From Moniliella sp. 'wahieum' (taxonomy: Eukaryota): 64,000 bases of DNA. Of the stretch, positions 49,034 to 62,852 are shown piece after piece. The stretch is taken from the NCBI GenBank assembly GCA_003971905.1, contig RSEE01000141.1, positions 1 through 64,000 on the forward strand, given 5' to 3'. The notes beneath the pieces are model-generated. The model ran no database searches and was not told the origin of the DNA. It saw nothing but the letters and a program-made list of their open reading frames with translations. The stretch's first letter is position 1; each line of letters begins with the position of its first letter. The translations under genes were made by a program, and so were the position numbers.

Positions 49034-50317
49034 TCAGCTCAAGTGGTAAAAGTACTGGGGGAAAAAAGGGAAGAAAATAGGAGTACCAGCCGGTCGGTCA
49101 GACAAACTCGTCGCCTGTCTCTTCCTTGGCAAAGCCGTCGAACTTGCCCGGCCGGGCGCAAGTGACGTAAACTTTTCTTGGACGGTGGTGATGTGCACCA
49201 TACCACTGGGTTCGGGCATTCGCAGGGGCGAAGCCAAGGTAGGCAGGACAATGGTGGTATGACGCTGTTGGTCGTGTTGCGGGTTGGAGTCGCAGTCTTC
49301 CCCCAGCATGTGGGAGCCGGGATTGCGGGTGTTGAGGGTGGACATGAGGGAGTTGAGGGTAAGTTTGGAGCTGGCGATACTAGCGATAAAGTGGGCCATA
49401 AGGTCGGGCTGGAAGGAGGAAAGACACACAGAGAACAGAGAAGGAAAAGGGAAAGAAAGTCAGCTTGGTTGGTCATATCCACCACCACCACCACCACGCA
49501 ACGTGTAAGTAGTGGTGGTGTTGGTAACGCAAAAATGCACATACTCGAATCGCAACAATCAGGAGATGAATCAAGTCGACAATCATGGTTAGGGCGGAAG
49601 TTTGCAAGACGAGGTTTTTGATTCGCTCAATGTTCGAGTCGGTGCTAGCGTTGAAACCTGTGACTGCTTTGCGCAGTGTATAAAACCAAGACGCCCGTGG
49701 TGATCGAGTCGCATGTGACAAAGCAGCACGACCATACCAGCATGGCAGGTTGCATGACCCAAGTTGGTAAACAGAGGGCCGCTCTTGATCACACTGTAAC
49801 CGATCACCGTCGCCATCGAGCCAATCAAGCAAATGTGCAGAACAACACGATGATGCCGGTCAGCCACCATTGCTTGCGAAGGATCTGGACGCGCCACGCG
49901 AAGAACTGTATCAGAAAGCAATCTAAGTCAGCGTTCCGGCGAAAGGGGCGAGTCATGCCGATCAACGACGGCGGACAAAAGCAGTGAGGGGATGTGGATT
50001 TGTTGTGCGTACCAGTTGACAAAAGTAAGTTGTAATGGCGGTGGACTGGGTGCTCCAAGAAAAGAGGGGACCATACGGTTCAAGTATCCCACGTCGCCAT
50101 AATGCGAGACGAGCCAGAGATAGATGGAGGTGCAGACACAGACACTGTTTACAATGTCGCAAGCGATAAGGAGGAAAACAACTGCCTTGATGCCCCAAGG
50201 GTCACGCTGAAAGCGAGTAAAGTAAAGATAGACTTGTACGACAGACAAGCCAAAGAGACACACATTGATGTACGTTCCAATCAAAATGTATCCCACTCCT
50301 TGTGCTGGATTGGTCAT
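49034..50317 (-). CDS. Basidiomycete multi-pass membrane protein, DUF6534-type, multi-exon
   Basis: G..LIGTYINVCLFGLSVVQVYLYFTRFQRDPW.IK, QFFAWRV, YTLRKAVTGF...DSNIERI, SKLTLNSLMSTLNTR. Confidence 0.75.
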
Positions 50318-53300
50318 GGCGATAATACAACTAACGGCGACTGAGTGTAATAGGGTGCACTGGGATTAAGCCTTGGTGCCGACAAAGGGGGTGATGCGAA
50401 GGCACGTGTTGTTGGGGGAAGATGAGCAAGAGTCACAGAAAGCAAAGAGTGGCTCCAGTGGTGTGGTCCTGGAAGAGTATAGCGCTTGGGACGGAAAACG
50501 TAACGGTGGCACTTAGGCTGTGTATATACTGAAAGAGAGAGCGAGACGGATGGTGCTGGTGGTGAGAGATGAGGTGAGGAAGTGAGGCCGAGCAAGGAGG
50601 ACGGATAGAATCAAAAGGGTAGCTTTTGCGTGCTAACCCATAGGATGGCGATTCATGGATGTACTTTTAGTAGGCCTGCGGCATACGCGACAGTAGCAGT
50701 AAGTTACTCGCTGTTGGCCACATGCAGGTTATGTGTTCCGCAGCATTCTGTGGCGCGATATGAGTCTGGCGTGTAAGATAGATACTCGATACTGGCGTAT
50801 TGCAAGTGTGGGCTGCGGCGTTAACACAACGTTACTGCTAATACTGCAGTTACGAGCTACTACTACTAGTTACTACATGTTACTGCCTGGAGCCCAGCAG
50901 CCAGTGCGGTCTGGAGGGGGCAGCCTGGAGCAGCAGAACGATTTCGACCGAGGAAAAGAGGGCAATAATCCAGACTGAGGCGTGCTTGGGTTCAGCGAAC
51001 GCCTGCGAACGCTCTCAGCCACACGGATCTCAGATCCTCAGGTCTTAGATTCGATCCTAGCGCTCCACACGCGCTCAACGCCCTGAGTACTCAGCTGAGT
51101 TCAGTACTCAGTGAGTCTGAGATCTGAGAGTACAGAGTCCTCAACGCAACGCTATTCTTGGCGGTGGCTTTTCGGAATAACGCCGCCACCTAGCCACCTA
51201 GTCGCTTATTAGTCACCTAGTCACATATAGACAACCAAGTACTAAGTACTAAGGCCAGAGGCCGAATAATCGATGATCACTGATCACTCAGACTGTTGTC
51301 GCGCTTTGCGAGTGTCACATGTGTCACATGTCATGTCGTTATTTCTCCGCCACGGATGTGGGGATATGGAACTGATATGGCACGGATAGGCCGCATAACT
51401 TCCACTTAGACACCTAAGTACTATCATCTTGAGGCTCTTTTCACAAAATTTGACGCTTGAAGCTTGAAGTTGAATCTTTTTGCAGCTTGCAGCTTGAAGC
51501 TTGAAGCTAGCTTGAAGAGTGAAGAAAGCTTGCATATAGTATAGCTGTGGCGCCACACTGTGGGGTTAGTAGCCCAGTAGCCCAAGCCCGGATCCGTCCG
51601 GTGCATTCCTTCCAATATTCCTTCCAAGAGGGCAAAAATATTGGCTAGCCTCTGTAGATCATGTGCAAGGCAATACACACCATCAACTACTGCTCTCTGG
51701 TCTTCTACAGTAGCCAACCTAGTAGAGAGATCGTTTTTAAACTGTAAGCGATGCGCGAACGTCCGTGCAATCGCGGAGCGCTGATATGCTGATACGCTGT
51801 GATGCAGATAAGCTGGGTACTACTGTGATGCATGGGAGCATGGGAGCGCTGGGCCTCGGCGATGTTCATCGATCATCGAACGATTACCGGTTACCGGTTA
51901 CTCGTTACTATTAATAACCCGCCGGTTACATGTTACAGGTTAGTTACTGGATACCAAATATCGGCCTAAACAATAGTTCCCGCTCTTGCGTATATAGATC
52001 TTCACACAACGCTGCCTGAGCGCTCACGCGCTCACGCGCTCACGCTGAGCCCAGCTCTCATCGATATCAAAGCTCGATCGCCACTTGATACACCCCGGTT
52101 GCTACATGTATGTCATGCGCCACATGTCATGCAATGCCAACCCCCAACCCTGCTATACACACATCGTACTCACTCATCGGTGACCCAAGCACCAGATGGA
52201 AGCGGGCCTCAGGGACAGGGGAAATCTGCATAGAAACACACTTGCAACCACATGATCATTTGCATGCATAAAGCTTAAAGAGCTTGAAGCTTGGAGCTAG
52301 CCACCTAAGGCCTAATTGCAGCTTCAAGTGGTACCGACGACGACGAGGTGACTTCGGTGACTTTTCGGACAGCTCTTCCCACGATGGTGCGCTGATGTTT
52401 TTTGCCGTGTTGCGTTGCGTGTGTTGCACGTTCGGTGTGCGCCACGCAGGTTCACGTGCTACGCGTTACGCTTATAACCGCAAAAGTTATGAACCCGCCG
52501 GGTGCGGAGTTTTCCGGTTTCCGGTTGCGGATTCGGTCGCGAATTCCCGGTTCCCGGTTGGGCAGGTTAGGCGTTGGGCGTTAGGCCTTAGGCCGGCCTT
52601 AGGGTTGGCGGGGCTCCACACGGCACTGCTTTTGGAGGTTCTGTGGTTGGGTATGTAAGAAGTACATGCCTCTCGGATCTCACTGTAACATTTAAGCCCG
52701 CACAGAGTCCTGCCTCCGCTCTGAGTTCCATGTCACCCGTCTCACATTGTCTGAGGATGCGGCCGGGCATTGGTGCACCTACATACATTGCAAGCCGTAG
52801 GTCCCAGGTAGGCAGGGCTAGCTACGCCAGGCCACGCCCAGGCATCTGGTGCCGGTGGCCCTGCACTGGTCGTCCAGGAACTAACAAGGCTTAAAGCTAG
52901 TCACGCATTTCAATCTCTTTTGTCCGATGATCGATGAACCGATGAAGTACGTGGATCGATGGTCGATGATCGATGATCCGCCACAGAAGCTTCTTTGTGG
53001 GTCCAGCGCCCACAGCCTGGTCCAGCTCTGTCCAACTTCGGGCATTATTGGTTCCGAAAAAATGAAAGTCCTTTGTGCTTATAGGTGTCGAGGTAGCTCA
53101 GTACTCCGTACCAATACAGAGTGGTAGATCGTGAAGCTTGAAGCATGGTAGGTTGTAACTTAGACAGCCAAACGCCTGTATATCACACGTGCGTGTCCCT
53201 CGTGAAATCACAAAAAACTCGCTGGAGATGCGTCACGCGTCACGCGTCACGCGTCACTATGATCGCTGTAGCGTTACCATTGGGCTCTCTGAATTGGAAG

Positions 53301-55299
53301 GAAGCTGCAGCACTTAGCATCGCAGATGATCGGCTGGGCGCTGGGCCTCGGGGGGCGCTGCATGAAGCTTGAAGCTTGAAGCTTGAAGACGAGCATCTGA
53401 GATCTGATGGGCCAAGCCATTTTCCCCACTGTATTTCCCCTATCTCTGTTATATCCAAATGAAAAGGATTAAAAGACATATCTTTTGTACACGATAGATT
53501 GTGTATTCATGATCGATGACACATGTGACCTATACATGACCATGCATCACTCATCGTCAACTTGGATGAATTCCATGCATATGTGGGGATTTTAATGATC
53601 CTGTTGGTTATTACCCAGCGACGTCCCAAGTGCAGTGATGGTGGTAGAGAGAAGACATGAGTTGGGTTGAACGTACTTGAACGTTGAACCCATACTGGGA
53701 TGATATGAGAAGAAGAAGAAGGACGGTGGCACAAGACTAGAGGATATGGGATATACTGTTGGTGTGGCGGCATGGGTAAGAGGGTCAGGGTGACCTCGGA
53801 GAGGTGGCTGACCTTCAGACCCTTCAGTACCTTCAGTGGTCAACAGCTTTGATAGGGGTTGGACACACAACATGTGTATTGCAAGATGTCCCCGCATTTT
53901 CTGTAGAGATATTTACACGTATACTCAGATGAGGTGTACGCACGTGAATAACTAAAAGTGTTGCAGGTGAAGCGTGAACCACGTCGCTCCCGGCCTTGCA
54001 CGTCCAATGGGACTGAGACTCTGTTTTACAGGAGGCGGGGGTTTCATGTACGTCTCTTCGTCTATATTATGTGGCTTTTTCTTCTGTGAGGCGCACTCTT
54101 CTGGAAAAAGTGCTTGCTGACTTGGCTGGCATCGGAGGCGATTGTACAGCGATGCATATAGTGCTCGGACGAGTCGTACGTATTTGTTGGAAGGGTGGTG
54201 AGTACATAAGATCAGGAAAGGTTGTGTGGAACACTCTGTGCAAAATCATGATTTTATAGTAGCCCAAAAGATTACACTGTCTCTCCGATCTCATGGTTCG
54301 GTCTCCCAGCAGGAGCCAACGAAACGAAATGTAACATGCAATGCATCTTTGTCATATCTTATAGTATACGCCTCACGAGACAAACAGGTTCCAAAGATAG
54401 CCCTTCAGTAACACACCCACATCTTCGTTCACACCCCGTTCTTTTCTATCTAATACAACCACCTCTGTTTTATCGTATGGTGCCACATCCTTGCTGCATG
54501 CCATAATGGCGGTGTACAATCCTTAAAATATAGTGGCAGTAGCTCAAACCCGCTGTTACCTGTTATCAGCCTCCAGAGCGTATTGCTTCTGTTCCGGAGA
54601 GGAGCACTACTTCTGTGAAAGTAAAGAATATTCTCTCCGGTCTCTGTGCAACCCATACTTAGTATACTTAGTATACTGTAGATGCAATGCAATTCATGAT
54701 ACCGTCTCGGAAAGCTGAAGATTCTCCACGTTCCCACCTCTTATCTTTGGTACGCAACCATCTGGCGAAAGAAGTTGTGGTGCTTATTGCTGACACGGGT
54801 GGGCTCCGCCAGGAGGCTCACCCATGTATGGGGTACGATACCTTATAGAGAACGGAAGGACGACTCACGGTGGTTTCGTGCTTGAACTGGTTGGTGGATC
54901 CGAGCAGAGCTAGGGACAAAAGGAGTGGCGCTTGGGCATAAAACAGAAAAGGCAGGTTGTAGGTATGGCAAGGCTGCCTATTGTTCACCGGCTTGGGCAG
55001 TAGTAATGTCTGAAGCCTCCGGAATGACAGACAGAGAGGGGGGTGCAGGGGAGGACAACAGCTGCCAGAGTTGTGACTGGACAGAGACATAATTCGTCAT
55101 GTTGGAAGAGAACCGACGCGACAAGATTATTGGGACTGAACTCGCCCTAGCCAAAGGATGAGAGTTCACGCAATTTGACGGATGGAAGGCTGAAAGCGGG
55201 AAGTTGAAAGGTGAGGACATATGCATATTATACACTTACTATTTCATCCCACGAACGACCGTGTGACAACACTTTTGAGAGATTATCCCTTTCCCCTTT

Positions 55300-56200
55300 C
55301 CCCACTCCCACATGGGAACCGGGAAGTGCATTTAGGCCTATGGAAGTGAAGTTGACAGAGAGATTCCAGACAAAACCGCGCTGGTTTTTTTTTTGGTGGA
55401 TACCCGTCTCTCGACTTTTGGAACTGGCGTCCTCTTCGTTGAGAGGAAGGATGTTCCGCGTACCGCACCTTCTCTACGTCATAACTACCGTGCTCTAACT
55501 CTTATTATCGTAACGATACAGAGATCCTTTTGTCCTGTAAGGAGCGACACACTCTCAAACGCCTGCCGATAGCCACTATATATCTTCACCCAAAGCTGGA
55601 CCTCATCCGTTTGGGGTGAAACCACTTTTAATCACCTCTGCGCTTAAGGAAAAGAACGAGGACATGAAGGTCGCCTTTTTCGTACACATGGTATGGCCAT
55701 TTCGAGGCTATCATAGCCTTTTCGGTAACTTTGTAAGCCACGAGAGGTGCCACCTTTACCACAGCCCGTTTTTTTGCGAGAAGACTCTATGGGATGATTT
55801 GGACATCCATCGGTCTAACCACAGTGTACACCCTGTACCACCCACGGGCATACTGAATGGCTCAGCCGGATTTGCAAACTATGCAAGATACAGCTCTCTG
55901 TATGCCTATCTGGATGCTGTTCCACCTCTTTTCTCCACGGGGTAGCTGGATTTGCCTATACACCACTGACTCTTCCACCCTCTCGAGCACGAATGCATGC
56001 TTCCCTTTCCTCCTCACATATATATGTTACGCTCCCAGGGAAGAAATGGAGAGGCAACTTCGTCAACCGTACTCTACATTGTATAGTCCGCGGGCGGAAA
56101 ACAGTGCGGCTCGTTGTTCTGGGCAGCCCTCTTCTCCGCGCTGCACATTTTTGTATCGCGCATCTTCGTCTCCATCCACTGCCTCCGTTTTGACTTACGG
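55300..56200 (+). pseudogene. Decayed GT20 trehalose-6-phosphate synthase/phosphatase-like relic
   Basis: Colinear motif shadows: KLTERFQTKPRWF...RVPHLLY (cf. PV.L...LWPLFHY); LDLI...LLITSALKEKNEDMKVAFFVHMVWP (cf. GDLIWVHDYHL..P..LR....IGFFLH.PFP). Then an intron ending ctaaccacag and TGILNGSAGFANYARY (cf. GLLG.DL.GFQT.NYARHF). Confidence 0.42.
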
Positions 56201-56994
56201 TATGCAAAATCCAAGTTTGGTTCTCTTTTTGTCCTTCTATCCCGCCTCCGTAGTCAGACACTTTTTAGTGCCAGTTAACCCCCAGTAAAAGCGGAGACTA
56301 AGAAGGAACAAAGCGAGTGGCCAGAGAGCCAACAAAACTAGGATTTCTTGCTGCAATATCAAACACCTATCCGCGGTGGGGGTGTTGGGCACCACAATTG
56401 GGACAATATATTAGGTTCTCCAAGAAGATATAGCCATCAACAAAAGCCCTGGCAAGCTGCTGCCGTATCCGACGACCAACTTGGTGGCGTACGCGCATAT
56501 ATGCCTGTATAATCACTGCGCACTATACGTGACTGCGTTAACTTCCCTATCTCGGATCTCATACCAAAAACACACAGCGGTTCAGCTCTCAGCCGCTCAG
56601 CCACAGCTGAGCTGAGGGTGCTGAGGACCGGGCCAAGAAGTCATGACCACGGCGAGAGAGCCTAGTACTCAGGATGGGCATTGAAGAGATGGATAAAAGT
56701 GATGGTAGAGAGACGCACTGCGCCGATTTGGTCGTGTGTCCAATGCAGAGGAGAAGGCTGAGGCCCGCTGAGGGGACACCTGGAGGCTCGCAAGTGAACA
56801 TTAGTCTGCCCATTCGGCGATTCTCCAGTTCATTATTTCAGTCTTGCCAGTTTTTCAGCCGCCGATGTGAAGCAACTGATGGCCTTTTGTTTTTTGCGCA
56901 ACTTGATTCGTCGGTCGCACCCACCACCTTCTTACGGCTGCGGATGCCCCCCTGCCCACGCCTATCGCCTACCTTTCCCACATCCTTCCGTGCT

Positions 56995-58039
56995 ATGTCC
57001 AACACAGTATCTCATGCCTCCTCCGCCGCGGCTGACGCGTACGGATCGTATGCCCGTCCTTCGCCCGAGCGGGAAGCCGAGATTGTCGCTCGCATCGGCT
57101 CGGTGCGGGCCGAGGTGGCACGGGCAAGCGAGCTGAGCTGCTCACTTGGGTGGCGGTCCGAGGCGCCAAGACTAGTGGCCGTATCCAAGCTGCACCCCCG
57201 AGTTCCATTATGGCTGCGTACGCCAAGACGGGTCAACGTCACTTTGGTGAGAATTACGTGCAAGAGTTGGTGGATAAATCACATGTCTTGCCCCGCTCGA
57301 TTCAGTGGCACTTTATTGGTGCACTGCAGAGCAACAAAGCTAAGATGTTGGCTGCCGTTCCCAACCTGTATGCTGTGGAGACGCTCGAGTCTGCCAAGGC
57401 GGCTGACCAGATGGAAAAGTACATTGCTCAGCACCCTTCTGAGCGCAGTACCCCTCTGCGCGTGTTCATCCAGATCAACACATCGGGGGAGACGAACAAG
57501 GCGGGTCTTCCCCCCTTGACCGGGAGACTTGTGGGCCCGAATCTCCCGTTGTGGTACTGGCCAAACACGTGATTACCAAGTGCCCCCACCTCCTCTTTAC
57601 TGGGCTCATGACCATTGGTTCGTTTGCCCATAGCAAAGCGGCCGAGGCGGACCTTGCCTTGGCCAAAACTGACCCGCACGCCGCGCGCAAGGCGATCGTC
57701 GATGCCAACCCCGACTTTGCTACGCTCGTCGAGACTCGGACCAGGCTGGTCGACCTTATTCGGGCTGATGAGGCATTGGGCACACTGGTCCGTTCCGCCC
57801 CGGAGGGCCACTCGTCGGCCGCAGAGTACGCCGCAACCTTGTTTTCCTCTTCGTCCCCGACGCCAGATGGGGGATTGGAGCTGAGCATGGGCATGTCTAA
57901 CGATCTCGAGGTCGCAATCATGGCTGGCAGCACCAATGTCCGTGTCGGGACCGAGTGCTTTGGAACGCGTCCGCCCACCAGGCCCGAGGCTATGGCTCTT
58001 ATGGAGCATGAACTTCACCCGGCCCAACGACCGGAATGA
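56995..58039 (+). CDS. Pyridoxal phosphate homeostasis protein (YggS/PROSC/PLPBP family); upstream in-frame ATG at 56944 possible
   Basis: LVAVSKL, GQRHFGENYVQEL..K, WHFIGALQSNK, QINTSGE.NK.G, GLMTIG, ELSMGMSND...AI..GSTNVRVG..CFG.R. Confidence 0.93.
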
Positions 58040-58365
58040 TTAATGAGCGTTTGCCCGCTGTTCTGTGCGATGTCGTGTGCCAGGGGTTTGTTGTGGCCTC
58101 GCCTCAAGTTTCATTTTTCCATTGCCATCTAGCCCACCTGCATCCGGCATGTGCATCATTAACATCCTCTCGTCCTAGTTTAGTTGCACCTATACGACAG
58201 AGACCAACAGGGGGCGAAATAGAAATGGATTGGACACACCGTAAATCGTGAACCGTGAACGACCGGGACAACTGCATGGTCGACAGTCCAGGCGGCACAA
58301 AAGCAATACATGTCACTTGAGGAGGCACACGAGAGACAGATGAGATGAAGAAGAGGTATGTACGT

Positions 58366-61300
58366 TCAGTCCTCATCTTCAAACGCGTGGTACCCAGCCC
58401 GACGCATTGCGCCCAACTTGCGTCTGGCCAGTGTCAATTCCTTTTCGAGTTTCAGCACCTCGACTTGCTGTTCCATCTCCTTCACCTTAAACTCATGGGT
58501 CGCCATGGTGGCATAGTCCGCCTCGCCCTCCTCAGTCGACTGGTTTTCAGTGATGGTCTTGACTTGACGTACCAGCGCTTTGCACGCTTCAGTCACTGCC
58601 TTGGCCGCCCGCTCTAGGCGGTCTTCAGTTTTGCTCATAAGCTCTGCCTTGACCCGGGACGCAGCGACCAACTGAGCCGTGGCCGCCGAGACTTCGTTGG
58701 AAGCTACGACCAACTGTTCCAGCGAGTGCGTCCCCGCGATCACCCCGTCTGCTGCTTCGATCAACATGGTGGTAGCGAATGCGACGGCGGGCGGCCGAGA
58801 TGAGTCCCTCGGTCCAACGGTTGTTCTTCTTGTAGAACTGCTGGTTGGTCGACGAGCCGCGGCCCATCGCCACAATCTCGTGTTGCGACTCGGTGGCGGC
58901 GTGAATCAAGCCTGCGATCGCTTTGGTGATAGCTAGCGAAGCGGCCAGAATAGCGTCGTGCACAGCCAAATCGGTAGCACTGTACTTCTCCTTGGGCCGG
59001 CTGAGGAGGGATTGAAGGCGTTGGGTAGCGGCCTCAATTGCATTTGCCGCATTCAGCATTTCATTCTCTACCACGTCCCCGATGTCCGTTGAGGCGAGGA
59101 GTTTTTTGTCCCCTTGCGACTTGAGCATCTGTTCCACCAGCGATCCCATTTCCGTCAATGACGAGCGAGTTTGCATTGTCTGACTCGCCAATCCGGCCTG
59201 TCGCTGCGCGCAGGACGGTAACTTTGAAGACTCTCGAAAAACCGAACCACCGTCGTTCCCGCCGTACGGCCGGTCGAGACGATCATGTCCGCCGCATCAT
59301 CGCTCTGGGCAAGGCGCGTGATTCCCTTGGCACTCAACAAAATGTCGCTTGTCGTCTGGGCAAATTGATTGGCCTTCTTGATGACCTCGACGTGCTCACC
59401 ACCGCGCTTGCCATCGAGGAACAAGCTGAAAACTGAAGAGAACTCCACCACATTCTCCACCCCCTTTTCAATCATTGAAAGCACATATTCTGGCGTAGCC
59501 GTATTGTTGCCATGCGAGGACGGGGACTCGAGTTCGTACAGGGCATCGTCCACTTTGTCAGCACAAGCTTGGAGAATCGAGTCGATGATCGAATTGAGTT
59601 TCTGAGTATTGTCGAGGATGATGGTGTCAATCTGCGCATTGACAGCCTGGTCGTTGGCACCTTGGACAAGAGAGAGGTTGTTCATGTGGGATGGTCGAGT
59701 CCATCCCTCTTGCAGGATCGCAATCTCAGCGTCTTCTCCTCCTTGAGCCGGGTCATTGCATCCTCCCATTCACGCAGCTGGATCGCATTGCTATCCATCT
59801 CACTCTGCTTTTGCTGCAGTGCTTCCTCCAGCTCGGTGATTTGACGGTTCAGCGTATCCATCACGCTCCCCATCTCGGACGACCGTGCACGCGAAGCATC
59901 CTCCGCTCGCTCATTGGCGAACCGCAGATCACGTTTGAGACGGTCAAACTCTTCCTTTTGTGAATGGCGGATCTTGTCCAGCTCAAACCGCGCTCGGTCC
60001 CGTTCGCGAATCATGTCGGCCAACTCAAGGTTTTTGGCCCGAACGTCCTTCTGCATCCGTTCCATCTTGTCCACCGCCTCCTGTGCACTACCAGCCTTGA
60101 GTTGGAACTGTTTGTGCTTGCTCAACATGTCCAAGTGTTCCGCTCGCAGCTGACTGTACAGCTTGGCCAACGCCTCGTACTTGGTTCGCCCAGAGCTGCA
60201 CCTGCTCTTGAAGCTGCCGAATCAAGTCGTCCTTGGCTCCCAATTGCGCCTGCACATTGGCCCCCACAGAGGCCATCTCGGTTTCGAGTGCCTTGACTCG
60301 ACGATCGTACTGTTCCAGCATGAGCTGGTCGCGCTCCCATTGCCCGCGCATACTGAGCAGGTCACGCTCCAACTCGGCCTGCCGGCCGCCTGCAGCAGCA
60401 GCCATCTGTTGCTGGAGAAGTTGTTCCTGGGCAATGCGTTGCTGCTCGGCTTGCGCTGCTGTTCTTGTTCAAATTCACGCTGCTGTTGTGCTTGCAATTC
60501 AGCTTGCCGTTTCCGTTCGGCCTCTTGCTGATCCTTGAGCGCCTTCTGCTTGTCCTCGTAGTGCTTCAAGAGCCGGCCTGCTCATCGATCTCCGCTTGCG
60601 ATGGACCGGCGGGGGTATCGCTTCGGGATAGTGGGGCAGGGGTGGATGCGCTGCGTGCGGGCAAGTCCGGTGCGTTCTCCGACTCAAGTAAGTTGGGTGG
60701 ATCACGGTTCAATTTGGGAACAGTAATGAGCGAGGTGAGGTACTTGAGGCTAGCACACTCGTTATAGAACCGGCGCAAATTGTGGTGCTGGTGCTTGTAG
60801 CGGTTTTGTAATGGTTCAATGGCGTCCGAGCCATCAATGCGACGGCGAATGGCACGGAGCATCGAGGTGAGGAACTTGTAGATTCCGTACGACTCCATCA
60901 CTTGCGGTACGAGAGCCGCAATTCGCGCTTCGTTGTTGCTCTGCGGGCGGAAGTAGGCAAACACCATCTTCTGGAACGAATCGATTCGGTCTTGCAGGTC
61001 CATCAGGTCGCTGATCGTCTCGTACCTATCAAAGAGGGAAGACGCAATGTTGCATGTGGAGGGCAAAGGGAAAGGGAAAAGGTGTGGCGGGCTTACCCTT
61101 CGTCCGGGTTGTCGATGAGCTTGAGCGCAATGTATTCTTGGTACTCAAAGAGCCCATTGAATTCCCGATGGTTGCGGTGGAACTTGAGTTTAGACAACAG
61201 GAGTTTGACATAGGCCTGGATTAGCGGGACATAATTATTGGAGCCAGGCGCGGCGCTCTCCGCCATCTGAGCCGCTGATTCGAACCAGGTAGTATGTTGC

Positions 61301-61588
61301 TGAGCCTCGCGTAGTACGACGGGTGGCCCTGTTGGAGGACCTTGTGGACGACGATCATTGCCTTGAACGTTTTGCACCTCCTCACCCAGGATGGGCTGGA
61401 CACGGAGCCCCGTCCAAAACGCAACCTGAGGTGTGGTAGTCCCAGGTGTAGACGATGCACTTGCGAACGTGCTTCTGCTTGGGGGAGGTCTCTTCGGGGC
61501 TGCATGCCTTTTTGATGTGCATGCCCAGGTCGGCCTCGGCGCGCTCGCGGTCGACGGGCCGCGAGGGCAGGTGGTCGCCGATGGCCAT
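58366..61588 (-). CDS. SLA2: Endocytic adaptor Sla2/End4 (HIP1 family): ANTH, coiled coil, I/LWEQ domains (intron near 61097-61027)
   Basis: HIKKACSPEETSPKQKHVRKCIVYTWD, FNGLFEYQEYI, LKYLTSLITVPKL..DPPNL, FYKKNNRWTEGLISAA, FKVKEMEQQVEVLKLEKEL..ARRKL. Confidence 0.95.
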
Positions 61589-62490
61589 GGTGGGCAGGTG
61601 GGGTGGAAGGCGGACGAGGAGACGGAGGGGGAGGAAGACGAGGTGGTGGCCGCGTGTGCGCCTAGGTGGGCCGGGGTGATATGAAGGTCAACACGGTGCA
61701 TCCGTCCGTGAGGGCATCGGGTACATAGCCGCCGCGGCAGTGACGAGTACCTGGCAACTAGTGAAGAGGGCAGCTTCCAGCGTCCGGTCCAAGCTTTCAT
61801 GGGGCAAGTGCTGGGCAGTGCGGCGCTGCTGAGATCTCAGCCAAATCGCCGGGCTCCAGCGACGACGGCACCAGCGCACCCACGCGCTCGTCACAGATAT
61901 GCGTTCCCATCGGTTTGTGCTGGCCGGCAGGTGGCCTGGATGGGTATCGGGCGAATGGAGGCGATGGATGATGTCAGACTTCAGTCCGAAGCACATGCCC
62001 AGAGGCGCCGGGGCAGGCTGTGGGTGTGTCTTGTGTCTTGTCACACTGTCACCTGGGCCGGCGAACGCGGAGCATAGCCAGGCGTGGCCCAAGGGGAGCC
62101 GATGGGCCTGCGCGCATCCTAGGCTGCTGGAAGGCAGCCGGCGTGGTGGTGGTGGGTGGGGGCGGGGGCGGCCGAGGCGAGGGGGGCGGGTGGATGCTGC
62201 CCGGGGGAGCGAGGGGAGCGAGGGAGGGCGCTGAGGGTTGAGGCTGAGGTGGCCGTACCTGGCTGCCCACAGCCGGCCATGACACGATGGTGTCCATCCT
62301 GCGCTGGGATCAATTGCACATTTCAACTTCAACCACCCCGTGCAGCCTGCAACTTTCACCTGCGTGCTCGAACCAGCGCACTTGCACCGAGCAGCGCCGT
62401 CCGCCTCCCGCGCCCCCTCCCGCCCTAACCGCTCGGCGGCCCCCCACCACCCACACCTGCCCGCCCCTGCCCCCGCCGCCGCCCCCCGCC

Positions 62491-62852
62491 ATGTCGTCGC
62501 CCCCTGCGTCTGCGTCTGTGGTCGGCATCGGCAGCGCCAGCTGCTGCACCTCCTCAGCTCCTTTGGCGTTGTCTTTCTCGCCGTCATTGGCTGGGGTACG
62601 ACCACGACTGGGAAGGTACGTCCCCATCCCATCCCCCCCTCTGCACGCGCCTTCGTCCCCCTCCTCTGCTGACCTTGCCTCGCCTCTCGTCCTGGCATAC
62701 GACCAGCCTTCATGGGCTCCACCTCCGACCCCAAAGACGGGCATGCTGTTGCGCACACATGCTACACCGTCGCCTTCATCTACGCCTGCTTCCTCGCCTT
62801 TTGCATGTGCCAAATCGGGGTCAACAAGCGGTACAGCCGCGTCCAGATCTGA
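62491..62852 (+). CDS. V-ATPase V0 subunit f (RNase kappa / YPR170W-B family), intron 62616-62706
   Basis: After splicing and 1-bp corrections: VVGIGSASCCT.LSSFGVVFLAVIGW.YDHDWE|AFMGSTSDPKDGHAVAHTCYTVAFIYACFLAFCMCQIGVNKRYSRVQI*. This fits the CCT.LS.FG..GS..DP.DG.AVAHT.Y....Y..F..FC..Q pattern recalled for the family. Confidence 0.82.
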
